The position numbers were made by a program, and so were the translations under genes. The notes beneath the pieces are model-generated. The model was given only the letters and a program-made list of their open reading frames with translations. It was not told the origin of the DNA and ran no database searches. From a virus, in IMG/VR virus record IMGVR_UViG_3300044630_005784, positions 5,535 to 69,534 of that record: DNA of 64,000 nucleotides; one strand, written 5' to 3'. Below are positions 1 through 7,961 of the stretch, piece by piece. Numbering within the stretch: the first letter of the stretch is position 1; every line of letters begins with the position of its first letter.

Positions 1-207
1 GGCGCTTGTGTCGCCCTTGTACAGAACACCTTCGGGAAGGTCGATGTACTGATTGCCTTCTTCGCAGAATGCGTGGTCGATTGCTTGGACGCAGATGGGG
101 ATCATCACGTCGGGGACGGGTGGGTAACAGTTTGCTTTCAGATGCCACGAAACTGCTGTTTCGATGTTGGTCTCTGACGCAAGGTCGAAGAGGTTGTTGT
201 ATCCCAT
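1..207 (-). CDS. hypothetical phage protein, 3'-truncated by window edge (MGYNNLFDLASETNIETAVSWHLKANCYPPVP...)
   Basis: Not in ORF track. ATG at 207, open for 69 codons to base 1; preceded by GAAAGGA RBS, CCTACTAC motif and promoter at 244-272. Confidence 0.75.
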   Translation of the reverse strand, partial: MGYNNLFDLASETNIETAVSWHLKANCYPPVPDVMIPICVQAIDHAFCEEGNQYIDLPEGVLYKGDTSA

Positions 208-243
208 TCGGTTCCTTTCGGTAGTAGGTGACTTACAAGGTAC

Positions 244-272
244 ACCTTACCGGGGTCAGGACCGTTTTCCAC
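244..272 (-). promoter_or_regulatory. SigA-type promoter GTGGAA-N17-TAAGGT
   Basis: Same architecture as 1873-1901 and 2717-2745; abuts the palindromic box at 273-288. Confidence 0.6.
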
Positions 273-288
273 CGTGACACTTGTCACA
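273..288. promoter_or_regulatory. CRP/GlxR-like operator CGTGA-N6-TCACA between divergent promoters
   Basis: 9/10 match to TGTGA-N6-TCACA; recurs at 1857, 2338, 2701 and 7003 at fixed distances from promoters. Confidence 0.6.
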
Positions 289-299
289 AGGTGTGGAGG

Positions 300-328
300 T
301 TGGTATTCGCTGCTGTCCCCTATAGAGT
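300..328 (+). promoter_or_regulatory. SigA-type promoter TTGGTA-N17-TAGAGT
   Basis: Member of the repeated GTTG(T/G)(G/T)ATT promoter family. Confidence 0.6.
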
Positions 329-362
329 GTTGGTCACTACCCCTACTACGGAAAGGTCGCTC

Positions 363-659
363 ATGAATGGCGACATCAGGATTGTGAAGATCACCCCTAC
401 AGGTGACATCTACAAGCACCCTGCCCGTTACTCGGCAGGAAACGAATGGACATTCCCCATCGAATACACGTTGGAAGATGGCCGCGTATTCTCATCACGA
501 TCGACGCACAAGCGTCTGAAAGATGCGAAGGCTGAACTAGCAACACTTCCTTGCGAGCCACGGAATCACACCACGGCAATCTTCCATGATGACAAGTTTG
601 CTGGCGTGACGATCCACTACGGCATGATTACCGCGTGGCCCGTCGCAACGCTCGGCTGA
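363..659 (+). CDS. hypothetical early protein
   Basis: ATG at 363 after GAAAGG RBS and CCTACTAC motif; start trimmed from ORF 228..659. Confidence 0.7.
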   Translation: MNGDIRIVKITPTGDIYKHPARYSAGNEWTFPIEYTLEDGRVFSSRSTHKRLKDAKAELATLPCEPRNHTTAIFHDDKFAGVTIHYGMITAWPVATLG

Positions 660-674
660 ATCTGTACAGGGGGG

Positions 675-703
675 TTGTGATTCTCGCGACCCCCCTGTAT
701 GCT
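675..703 (+). promoter_or_regulatory. SigA-type promoter TTGTGA-N17-TATGCT, embedded in an inverted repeat (665-699)
   Basis: Exact 17-bp spacer; followed by CCTACTAC and AAGGAG RBS. Confidence 0.65.
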
Positions 704-738
704 GTCTCTATACACCTACTACCCGTAAGGAGATTCCC

Positions 739-942
739 GTGACCGTACTTATCTGTCACCCCGGAACCGGCACGATTATCGACGCAAGCGAATGCTACGT
801 CCTGACTGTCTACGATGATGACATCGACACCGAAACCATCGAATCAGCGATGGACAGTTTCTATCAGATGGTCTCGCCCGAAGGTACTCACTTAGAGACC
901 CTCGAAGGCGTTCTCGATCCATCACTCAGAAAGAGAATGTGA
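739..942 (+). CDS. hypothetical early protein
   Basis: GTG start with AAGGAG RBS; acidic 67 aa. Confidence 0.7.
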   Translation: MTVLICHPGTGTIIDASECYVLTVYDDDIDTETIESAMDSFYQMVSPEGTHLETLEGVLDPSLRKRM

Positions 943-1172
943 CTATGCACCCCGTCCAATACCACTACATCGTGTGGGCAGAGGTCCATGACGGCAAAAC
1001 CGTTTGGAACGTGGACATCGAAGGCGATGGCCTACTGTTCGATGGACCTGTCTACGACCCGAACGCCACGCTAGGCGACGAATGGCGCACCCTCAACGAA
1101 GACGAGCAAGGCCTCGACAATCGGCTCTACGCCGAACTACGGGATCGACTGAAGATCGGGGAGGGGGACTGA
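939..1172 (+). CDS. hypothetical early protein
   Basis: Overlaps upstream stop; acidic, phage-like composition. Confidence 0.7.
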   Translation: MTMHPVQYHYIVWAEVHDGKTVWNVDIEGDGLLFDGPVYDPNATLGDEWRTLNEDEQGLDNRLYAELRDRLKIGEGD

Positions 1173-1347
1173 CCCCCTCAACCCGGCAGGAGAGCCTTGC
1201 CAGTCTCTAATAACCTTACGGTGTCGATTTCGGCTGACTCTAACTACAGAAGAGAACAGTCCCGCTGCCGCTGGCAGCAAAGTCATTAGCGGTAAGAAGA
1301 TGAAAGTCCCGCCGCTTCGCTTCGCTCAGCGGGGCTGGCGCCGCGCG

Positions 1348-1368
1348 TTATGCACAGGCTGTGGATAA
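1348..1368. promoter_or_regulatory. pair of inverted DnaA boxes (TTATGCACA-ggc-TGTGGATAA)
   Basis: One perfect and one single-mismatch TTATCCACA, head-to-head, 3-bp spacer, in a non-coding gap. Confidence 0.6.
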
Positions 1369-1415
1369 CCGGTGCGGGGCCTCCCGCTCGCGTGGGGGTG
1401 GGTGGTGACCCGCCG

Positions 1416-1601
1416 TTAGGCGGGCCACGCTTCCCTCGGTCGGAGTCCGTCGCCGAACACTTGTTCGAGTGCTTCTTCTGTTCCGCAGTCGGAGCAAATC
1501 TCTGTCCGGTTGTCGGTGCGTGAGAGCGCGCCGGGGTAGTGGCCGGGGGTCCATGCGTTTGGAATGGGTCCGAGGCATCGGGGGCAGATTGGGGTGGTCA
1601 T
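1416..1601 (-). CDS. small zinc-ribbon protein
   Basis: CPRC...GALSRTDNRTEICSDCG; ATGA coupling to upstream gene. Confidence 0.75.
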   Translation of the reverse strand: MTTPICPRCLGPIPNAWTPGHYPGALSRTDNRTEICSDCGTEEALEQVFGDGLRPREAWPA

Positions 1602-1810
1602 TGTGTCACCTCCTGTGTGGTTCCGTTGGTGATTGCGGCGAGGTCGCCGCTGGCGATCATGTTGAGTAGGTCGCGTACGTCTCCGAGAGCCTCACCGTGG
1701 TAGGGCATTGCTCTGAGGTCTAGGACTGCGATTACGTCGTCCACCATTGAGGCTGCTATTAGTAGGGCTTCGTGGAGTTCGTCGGTGACTGTGATAGTTG
1801 TAGTAGGCAT
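1598..1810 (-). CDS. hypothetical protein, probably leaderless
   Basis: ATG at 1810 lies 7 nt after the -10 (TATCGT) of promoter 1818-1846. Confidence 0.65.
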   Translation of the reverse strand: MPTTTITVTDELHEALLIAASMVDDVIAVLDLRAMPYHGEALGDVRDLLNMIASGDLAAITNGTTQEVTQ

Positions 1811-1817
1811 AGAAAGA

Positions 1818-1846
1818 ACGATACCGGGGTGGGGGGCAAATACCAA
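1818..1846 (-). promoter_or_regulatory. SigA-type promoter TTGGTA-N17-TATCGT
   Basis: Same family as 300-328; divergent from 1873-1901. Confidence 0.6.
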
Positions 1847-1856
1847 CCTCGTTGCG

Positions 1857-1872
1857 TGTGACAAATGACACG
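1857..1872. promoter_or_regulatory. CRP-like operator TGTGA-N6-ACACG between divergent promoters
   Basis: Same geometry as 273-288, mirrored. Confidence 0.5.
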
Positions 1873-1901
1873 GTGGAAGTTGTAGTTGGCCCCTGTATAG
1901 T
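1873..1901 (+). promoter_or_regulatory. SigA-type promoter GTGGAA-N17-TATAGT
   Basis: Near-consensus -10, 17-bp spacer, downstream CCTACTAC and GAAGGAG. Confidence 0.65.
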
Positions 1902-1939
1902 GGTCCTTGTTAGTTACACCTACTACCGAAGGAGTCCAC

Positions 1940-2329
1940 ATGGACCCAGCAAAACTGTACGACGCAACCGAGGCGGTGCTGGCAGCGAGAAAGGCTGCAC
2001 AGGACGCTGACCTTGCCAAGAAGGCTGCCGAGGCCGAGTTTGTCGCTCTCATGGAAGATGCGAATCTCCCCTATGTCGAAACGTCTGATGGCGTTCGCAT
2101 TGCTGTCGAGGTTCGACCGTCCAAGAAGTACGACGCGGCTCTCGCATCGGACCTGCTGGCCGTAGAGACGTTCGACCGTGTTGTGAAGGCTGTGATCGAC
2201 GCTAAGGCGTGGAACGCTGCCTGTGAGGTCGGACTGATCGAAGATCAGATCGCCGAGAAGGTGATGACCGTGACCTACAGCACACAGGTTCGTGTGTACG
2301 GTGACGGTGTGGCCGGTTCGCGGTCCTGA
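1940..2329 (+). CDS. hypothetical early protein with N-terminal coiled coil
   Basis: ATG at 1940 after AAGGAG. Confidence 0.75.
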   Translation: MDPAKLYDATEAVLAARKAAQDADLAKKAAEAEFVALMEDANLPYVETSDGVRIAVEVRPSKKYDAALASDLLAVETFDRVVKAVIDAKAWNAACEVGLIEDQIAEKVMTVTYSTQVRVYGDGVAGSRS

Positions 2330-2337
2330 CAGATCGG

Positions 2338-2393
2338 TGTGGCAACTGTCACGTTTCGCACAGGTTGTGATTCGTGGCAGTTGCCTGTAGCCT
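2338..2393 (+). promoter_or_regulatory. CRP-like box (2338-2353) plus promoter TTGTGA-N17-TAGCCT (2365-2393)
   Basis: Box-to-promoter spacing identical to 273-328. Confidence 0.55.
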
Positions 2394-2426
2394 GTTACTC
2401 ACTACCCCTACTACCGAAGGATCACA

Positions 2427-2705
2427 ATGACCGACGACGAAATCTTTGCAAATCTCGCATGGGAATGCAAGGAATCTCAAATCAACGAAATGGCCGATCA
2501 CCTGCTTCGCCTCGTTATGTTCACGATGCAAGAGGATTACGAGCCGACCCCCGAAATGCAGGAGCAGTTCAATGGTCTAATGACCGACGCTGTTCTGTCC
2601 TTTGGGGCATTGACCGACTATGCCGTCGAAACAGACGCAGCGGTCGTGAGTGTTGGGGCGATGGGGCAAATCCTCATTGCAGCCCTTACAGCCCGCCAAG
2701 CGTGA
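2427..2705 (+). CDS. hypothetical early protein
   Basis: GAAGGA RBS, CCTACTAC leader. Confidence 0.75.
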   Translation: MTDDEIFANLAWECKESQINEMADHLLRLVMFTMQEDYEPTPEMQEQFNGLMTDAVLSFGALTDYAVETDAAVVSVGAMGQILIAALTARQA

Positions 2706-2745
2706 CAAACGTCACGGTGGAACTATCGCCTACAGACGATAGAGT
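2701..2745 (+). promoter_or_regulatory. CRP-like box CGTGA-N6-TCACG (2701-2716) plus promoter GTGGAA-N17-TAGAGT
   Basis: Palindromic half-sites abutting the -35. Confidence 0.6.
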
Positions 2746-2781
2746 ACTACCTACTACCCCCTACTAACGGAAGTGAACACC

Positions 2782-3504
2782 ATGAATACCGACAACCTCC
2801 CCGAATGCTGGAAAGAGTTCTACGACGTACTCTCCGCTGGCATCGACCGCGTGATCCTGTTTGGACCGCCCGGAACTGGCAAGACCTTCGCTGGCCTCAC
2901 AGTCGGCGACACAACCGCAGGAGCGTACCGACTCGCCTGCACCGAAGAAATGACCACCGCAGACGTCACAGGCTGTTTCATGCCGACCGACACAGGCGTG
3001 TGGAAGTGGAACGACGGTGCTGCCATCAAAGCATGGCATGGTGACGGACTCACAGGCGGTCGCCTCGTCATCGACGAAATCGACCGAGCCAACGGCGACA
3101 TCGAATCGCTACTACTCGCCATGACCGACACCGTGGAATCAACGGTGTGGGAACACCCCGAAACAGGCAAGCGAATCCGACCACGCGATGGGTTCTCCGT
3201 TGTGATGACCACAAACTTGGAGCAGATGACCGAACTGCCGACCGCTCTCAAAGATCGGTTCCCGGTGGCGATTAGGATCAACACCCCCCACCCGAACGCC
3301 CTCCTCGCCCTCCCCGAAGACCTCCGAGCAGCAGCAGCAGCAAGCGCTGACGCTGACCGTAGCCGACGGTTCTCAATCCGAGCGTTTCAGTCCTACGCCA
3401 AGTTGCGTGGATCGATGGGATCGGAACGAGCAGCACGTCTGATCTTTGGAGAACGAGCCGAGGACATTCTCGACGCCATTCGCATCAACGAGGTCGCACT
3501 ATGA
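2782..3504 (+). CDS. MoxR/CbbQ/CobS-like AAA+ ATPase
   Basis: Walker A GPPGTGKT, Walker B LVIDEID, sensor TTN, arginine finger ALKDRF; alternative start 2773. Confidence 0.9.
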   Translation: MNTDNLPECWKEFYDVLSAGIDRVILFGPPGTGKTFAGLTVGDTTAGAYRLACTEEMTTADVTGCFMPTDTGVWKWNDGAAIKAWHGDGLTGGRLVIDEIDRANGDIESLLLAMTDTVESTVWEHPETGKRIRPRDGFSVVMTTNLEQMTELPTALKDRFPVAIRINTPHPNALLALPEDLRAAAAASADADRSRRFSIRAFQSYAKLRGSMGSERAARLIFGERAEDILDAIRINEVAL

Positions 3505-4922
3505 CCGCCCCCACGTCGCCTAGCGGTGTCGCCATGCCTGAATGGCTGGCGCGCCGCGACCGCGAAAACGGTGCATGGAACGTGGTCGCAGGACAGGCCG
3601 TCCGAGGTGACGCTTGGACCAACGCTACCGAACGCATCATGCGAGTCCCCATCGGTGGCGACGAAACGAACCGAGTAATCCGCGCCCACGAAATGATGCA
3701 CGCGAAGGTATCCCCCCTCGCAGCGAACATCGGCCAAGAGGAAGAGAATCTTCCTATCGAAGTTCTCCGAGCATCAGAAGAGATGCGCGTGAACTTGCTG
3801 GTGAAATCCGCAGGGTTCGACACCGACCTTTTAGTCGATGGCTCCGAGCGTGGCTGGGGCGAACGAGCAGCAGAGATGAAGGACTACACGTCCCTCGCTA
3901 CCGCTGTCGTCGCAATGGCCGGAACGAAAGGTGCCACATCGTTTCTCCGAGGCGTCCGCAACATCGACCCCGAACTGGCGAAGGCCGTTCGCGAGATCGA
4001 AAAAGTGGCCCTGTCACACTGGACGAAGCCTGCCCGTCGAACGAGCGACAAAGCAGTCGCAAAGAAGTTCGGGTCGACCACAAGTGTCCACTACTGCGAC
4101 CAAGAGATTCCGCAGGGCTACAACGACTTCACCCTGCCGGTCGCACGTTTCCTGAACTCAGCAATCGAAGCCCTCACCCCACCGGAAGGTGAAAGTGAAA
4201 GTGACGGTGAAGATTCCACCGATGAGAAAGCAGCGGAACGCGTCAAAGACGCTGCCCGTGGCAGGCGTGGAAAGTTCGCCGACCTGATCCTCGATGAGTC
4301 GGTCGTTCTAGATCGAACAATGACTGGCCGACTTGGCCGGAAGCGAATCGCCACGAACGTGGGACGCAATCCTCGCCACATGAGCCGAATGCTCACCGAT
4401 CCTCAACGTCGAATCTTCGACCGAACGGTCCGAGGCAAGGGTGGCATGGTTGTCATCGACCAGTCCGGTTCGATGTGTCTGTCGAACGGTGACATCGAAA
4501 AGATGATGGAAGCGTCCCCCGGTTGCACCATCATCGGCTACTCGCACCGACCCGGCAGCACGACCACCCCGAACGCGTGGGTGATCGCCAAGAACGGTCG
4601 CCGAGCGTCCGAGGTTCCCTCAGGACACGGTGGCAACGGGGTCGATGGCCCTGTCCTCCGGTTCGCTATCTCGTCTGCCCGTAAGGGTGAGCCGATCGTG
4701 TGGGTCTGCGATGGTCTCGTCACAGATGGAAGAAACGATACTTCCTTCAGGAATCTAGATGAAGAGTGCGCTCGGCTGGTACGCAAAAACGGAATCCACA
4801 TGGTGGCGTCCGTACAAGGCGTCGAAGCGGCTCTCCTGAAAGTTGCGAGTGGAAAGAAACTACCGACGACGTATGTCGGTCAGGTTCGGGCCACAGCAAT
4901 CGACCTCGGGTTCCTGTACTGA
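3501..4922 (+). CDS. VWA-domain partner of the AAA+ ATPase with N-terminal HExxH motif (CobT-like architecture)
   Basis: HEMMH; acidic linker; MIDAS DQSGSM and later VCDG; ATGA coupling to the ATPase. Confidence 0.8.
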   Translation: MTAPTSPSGVAMPEWLARRDRENGAWNVVAGQAVRGDAWTNATERIMRVPIGGDETNRVIRAHEMMHAKVSPLAANIGQEEENLPIEVLRASEEMRVNLLVKSAGFDTDLLVDGSERGWGERAAEMKDYTSLATAVVAMAGTKGATSFLRGVRNIDPELAKAVREIEKVALSHWTKPARRTSDKAVAKKFGSTTSVHYCDQEIPQGYNDFTLPVARFLNSAIEALTPPEGESESDGEDSTDEKAAERVKDAARGRRGKFADLILDESVVLDRTMTGRLGRKRIATNVGRNPRHMSRMLTDPQRRIFDRTVRGKGGMVVIDQSGSMCLSNGDIEKMMEASPGCTIIGYSHRPGSTTTPNAWVIAKNGRRASEVPSGHGGNGVDGPVLRFAISSARKGEPIVWVCDGLVTDGRNDTSFRNLDEECARLVRKNGIHMVASVQGVEAALLKVASGKKLPTTYVGQVRATAIDLGFLY

Positions 4923-4929
4923 CGAGTTG

Positions 4930-4960
4930 ACCGGGGGGCGTTGTCCCCCCGGTTTCTTTC
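4930..4960 (+). terminator. intrinsic terminator
   Basis: ACCGGGGGG-cgttgt-CCCCCCGGT stem-loop followed by TTCTTTC. Confidence 0.75.
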
Positions 4961-4968
4961 TCCCGAGG

Positions 4969-4997
4969 TTGTTATTCGACCTAGCACCCTGTATCCT
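4969..4997 (+). promoter_or_regulatory. SigA-type promoter TTGTTA-N17-TATCCT
   Basis: Repeated promoter family; CCTACTAC at 5011-5018. Confidence 0.6.
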
Positions 4998-5032
4998 TAC
5001 AACTACTACCCCTACTACCGACTGGACTAGAA

Positions 5033-5320
5033 ATGCCTTACACGACTCAACAAATACCCGCAGAGATGTTCATGCGTCATAACGACGTAGGCGTCTACCA
5101 CACCTACAAGAACGACGACATGGACATAAACCCTCCTCGCGACTACTGGTTCGTCACCGACCCCTTTCAGGGTGAGGACGATTCCTTCGACGTGCGCGAC
5201 CTCCCCGGCTACGACGCTCCGGTTGGAAGCGAGTACCTCAGATGGTACCTGCAAGATTTCCTTGCCTCACTCATCGAGTCCGGCGTCATCACCGCCGACG
5301 GAGTGCAGGTGACAGCATGA
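5033..5320 (+). CDS. hypothetical early protein
   Basis: 95-aa ORF directly after a promoter cassette. Confidence 0.75.
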   Translation: MPYTTQQIPAEMFMRHNDVGVYHTYKNDDMDINPPRDYWFVTDPFQGEDDSFDVRDLPGYDAPVGSEYLRWYLQDFLASLIESGVITADGVQVTA

Positions 5321-5613
5321 CCGACGTCCGAATCTCAGACACACGCGACATCAAGGCCCTCAACTCGTTAGCCATCACCAACGGCTACAGCCGAGCCGCC
5401 TCCGACAACGCAATCGCAATGCTCGACCCCGACGGCATTCACCTTGTCAACTTCACAATGGTCCACAACGACGACCACATGCGAATCGGGTTCCTGTGCA
5501 AGTTCCTAAACTGCGACGAACCTATCCACCTGTGGATCGACGCCTCGTTCGAAGACTACGACCTTCACTGCCACGTCCTAGAGGGCTACAGCGAGATCGC
5601 GGCAGCGTCGTAA
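5317..5613 (+). CDS. hypothetical early protein
   Basis: ATGA overlap at 5317; start trimmed from 5242..5613. Confidence 0.7.
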   Translation: MTDVRISDTRDIKALNSLAITNGYSRAASDNAIAMLDPDGIHLVNFTMVHNDDHMRIGFLCKFLNCDEPIHLWIDASFEDYDLHCHVLEGYSEIAAAS

Positions 5614-5676
5614 CCACTCAGCATTTTAAAATCTACGGTGAAGATTTCACCAACAAAATCCCCGGTAGGGTAGGTA

Positions 5677-5706
5677 GAAGAGGGCCATCGCAAGATGGCC
5701 CTCTTC
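5677..5706. terminator. perfect 13-bp hairpin with GCAA tetraloop between convergent genes
   Basis: GAAGAGGGCCATC-GCAA-GATGGCCCTCTTC. Confidence 0.65.
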
Positions 5707-5713
5707 GCTGTCC

Positions 5714-6025
5714 CTACTTCCTTGTGAACGCAGCCTTGTCAAAGACTCGGATCAAGTTCACAGCCAAAGCGATCGAAACAAACGGACCCCACGGCAACCC
5801 TGTGTTGTCGATAAATCCAACCTGCTCGATCATTCTGAAGATTGCCCACACCAAGGAACCCTGAATGAGACTCAAGACAATCAGCACAACCAGCCCAACG
5901 AAGAAACCTTTGGTTGCCTGCGACGAAGCGTCGTCCGTGGGACGGGGTGGCTGGAAGTCTCTGAACTCCTTTGGCTCAAAGAAGTCCTTTGACTCAAACG
6001 ACCAGAAGCCCTTTGGGTCGCTCAT
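5714..6025 (-). CDS. membrane protein (two hydrophobic segments)
   Basis: FFVGLVVLIVLSLIQGSLVWAIF and WGPFVSIALAVNLI; coupled to upstream gene. Confidence 0.7.
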   Translation of the reverse strand: MSDPKGFWSFESKDFFEPKEFRDFQPPRPTDDASSQATKGFFVGLVVLIVLSLIQGSLVWAIFRMIEQVGFIDNTGLPWGPFVSIALAVNLIRVFDKAAFTRK

Positions 6026-6402
6026 GCGACTGGCGCGTGGAGTCGAACGATCTGGTGGACTCGCTGACGACTCAGTCCGAACTGATCGCCAATGCGTTGG
6101 AGTGAAATGCCCTGCGACCGGAGTGTCATGATTTCAAGGTTTCGTTCGATGTCCGCTGTTGGGCCGGGAGGGAGTGGACCCCACTGCCATCCGAGTGTTG
6201 CGGTGAGGATTTCGGTTCGCTCTGGTGAGAGGAGTCCCGCTCGCTGGCGCTGGCGGACGTACCCGACCCATGTTCCGAGGTTCAGAACAGTCCCGTCGTC
6301 GAGAGTTTCGACGTGGGATGCCGGGACTCGCGCGTGTCCGTTTTTTTCGACGTAAGCGGTGAGTGCGGAAAGGTATAGATTCCATTTTTGTTGGTTTGTC
6401 AT
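6022..6402 (-). CDS. helicase-associated (HA) domain fused to sigma70-region-4-like HTH
   Basis: W..Y..L..Y...GH.RVP...LG.WV..VR...GLL...R...L..LGW.W pattern; SLQRIGDQFGLSRQRVHQI. Confidence 0.75.
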   Translation of the reverse strand: MTNQQKWNLYLSALTAYVEKNGHARVPASHVETLDDGTVLNLGTWVGYVRQRQRAGLLSPERTEILTATLGWQWGPLPPGPTADIERNLEIMTLRSQGISLQRIGDQFGLSRQRVHQIVRLHAPVA

Positions 6403-6448
6403 GTGACGAACCTTACATCTAGTTGATGTGGGGAACAAATAGGGTAAG

Positions 6449-6477
6449 TTGTGATTTCTATTGACGCCCTGTATGCT
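6449..6477 (+). promoter_or_regulatory. SigA-type promoter TTGTGA-N17-TATGCT
   Basis: Hexamers identical to 675-703. Confidence 0.65.
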
Positions 6478-6509
6478 GCTAGGCGTACCACTACCGGAAG
6501 GAAAGCAAC

Positions 6510-7007
6510 ATGCTCACAGTCAAAGAAATCGACCAAGAGTTCAAATCCTCGTATCGAGAACTTCTTGAAACCCACAAGTCGGCTTCGCTAATCCCGAAGG
6601 ACGAACTAAATCAGATTGGTGAAATCTATCGAGCCAAAATGGTTATCCTTTCAAACGACGGAACCAAAGATGCCCGACTGCTTTCACAGTATTCAATTCC
6701 TTCAAAAGTAATTGAACTGATTTGTGGCGAAGCACCTGAGATTCAGCGCAAAGTCAAAAACGCTGACCGTCGTCGCGCAATGGAAAACTTTATTCGCGAT
6801 AACGCTGACTCAATCGTCACTCCTAGTGAACTCGCTGAAGCCGGAGAAGTTTCTTACGCAACAGCAATGAAGTTCATCAACGAAAATCCTCTTGCGTTTA
6901 TCAAGACGGAACGTGGCGCCTATTTGATTCGTGACGCCGAGGCGGAGCGGAAGGCTGCTCTGCAAGAGGGTTCCTCGTCGAAGAGGGTCGTTCGTCGAAA
7001 GAAGTGA
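6510..7007 (+). CDS. hypothetical protein with probable C-terminal winged HTH
   Basis: TPSELAEAGEVSYATAMKFI...RGAYLI; GAAGGA RBS. Confidence 0.7.
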   Translation: MLTVKEIDQEFKSSYRELLETHKSASLIPKDELNQIGEIYRAKMVILSNDGTKDARLLSQYSIPSKVIELICGEAPEIQRKVKNADRRRAMENFIRDNADSIVTPSELAEAGEVSYATAMKFINENPLAFIKTERGAYLIRDAEAERKAALQEGSSSKRVVRRKK

Positions 7008-7057
7008 CGAAGATCACAAACCGAAGCGTTGTGATTTATCTGAACGCACGGTAGTCT
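7003..7057 (+). promoter_or_regulatory. CRP-like box AGTGA-N6-TCACA (7003-7018) plus promoter TTGTGA-N17-TAGTCT (7029-7057)
   Basis: Same cassette geometry as 273-328 and 2338-2393. Confidence 0.6.
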
Positions 7058-7099
7058 CCTACATAGCAACACATACCTACTACCACTAAGGAAATTCTC

Positions 7100-7639
7100 A
7101 TGGGACTCGATAACATTCCCCACAACTACCCCTGCAAAAGCGGCGGCACAGCCGTCCTAACCCCACGCCTTGACCGAGAAGGCAAAGCGTTTGTCGAAGA
7201 GGACGGTTCGCCCGCACTCGTCATCGACTGTAAGGCTACGCAAGAAGCCGGTGGCTGTCCGTGGTACAACGACGAGAGCCGCCCAACCGACGGTGGCGTT
7301 ATCGGTATTTTCGGAACTGATTGCTGGTATCGAGGCAAACTCGGAAACGAGTTGCTAGAAAACGTGCTTGGCATTTCTTATGACGAGACGGAAGGCATCT
7401 CTTTCTACGGCTCAAACGCTGACGGCGACTACAAGTCGCCTCAAGAATGTCTGAAACTCGCCACCTTCATTGAGGACGCAATCGCCGACACCGAATGGGT
7501 TGCCGACCCGTCCACAATCGACTATTTAGAAACCGGAATCGAAGCGGCTGCCATCGAAGAAAAAGACTACTGCGTGTACGCCGCATGGTGGCTTCGCTGG
7601 GTCGCAGAAAACGCTGACGGCACCGACTGCTGGTACTGA
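7100..7639 (+). CDS. hypothetical protein (MGLD-start phage family, Cys-containing)
   Basis: AAGGA RBS, CCTACTAC leader, 179 aa. Confidence 0.75.
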   Translation: MGLDNIPHNYPCKSGGTAVLTPRLDREGKAFVEEDGSPALVIDCKATQEAGGCPWYNDESRPTDGGVIGIFGTDCWYRGKLGNELLENVLGISYDETEGISFYGSNADGDYKSPQECLKLATFIEDAIADTEWVADPSTIDYLETGIEAAAIEEKDYCVYAAWWLRWVAENADGTDCWY

Positions 7640-7667
7640 ACTCCCCTACTACCCCTAAGGAATCACA

Positions 7668-7961
7668 ATGGATTACACCTCAAACCTCAAGTACGATCAG
7701 AACCACCACTTCTACGAGTTCCTGATCGCCCTCTCAACCACAGAAGGGATCATCACGGTCCGTGAAAAACTTCACCACCACGATGACCTAGTAGACACAT
7801 GGGCGTCACTAGATCAGTCGTACCGACGTGCGATCGACGAGATCACCGCGTTGTGTGAGAAGTGGCTCGTCGAAGACGAGGCCGTCGATCAGTATTCGAT
7901 TGTCGCGATCAACGACGATCTGTGCTGGAAAGAGCGACTCGAACTCCCAGCAAGAACCTGA
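7668..7961 (+). CDS. hypothetical protein
   Basis: AAGGA RBS, CCTACTAC leader. Confidence 0.7.
   Translation: MDYTSNLKYDQNHHFYEFLIALSTTEGIITVREKLHHHDDLVDTWASLDQSYRRAIDEITALCEKWLVEDEAVDQYSIVAINDDLCWKERLELPART

Noticed and set aside
2782-4922. cobS/cobT cobalamin biosynthesis
   Set aside because: No cobN or other cob genes; generic phage MoxR-VWA pair
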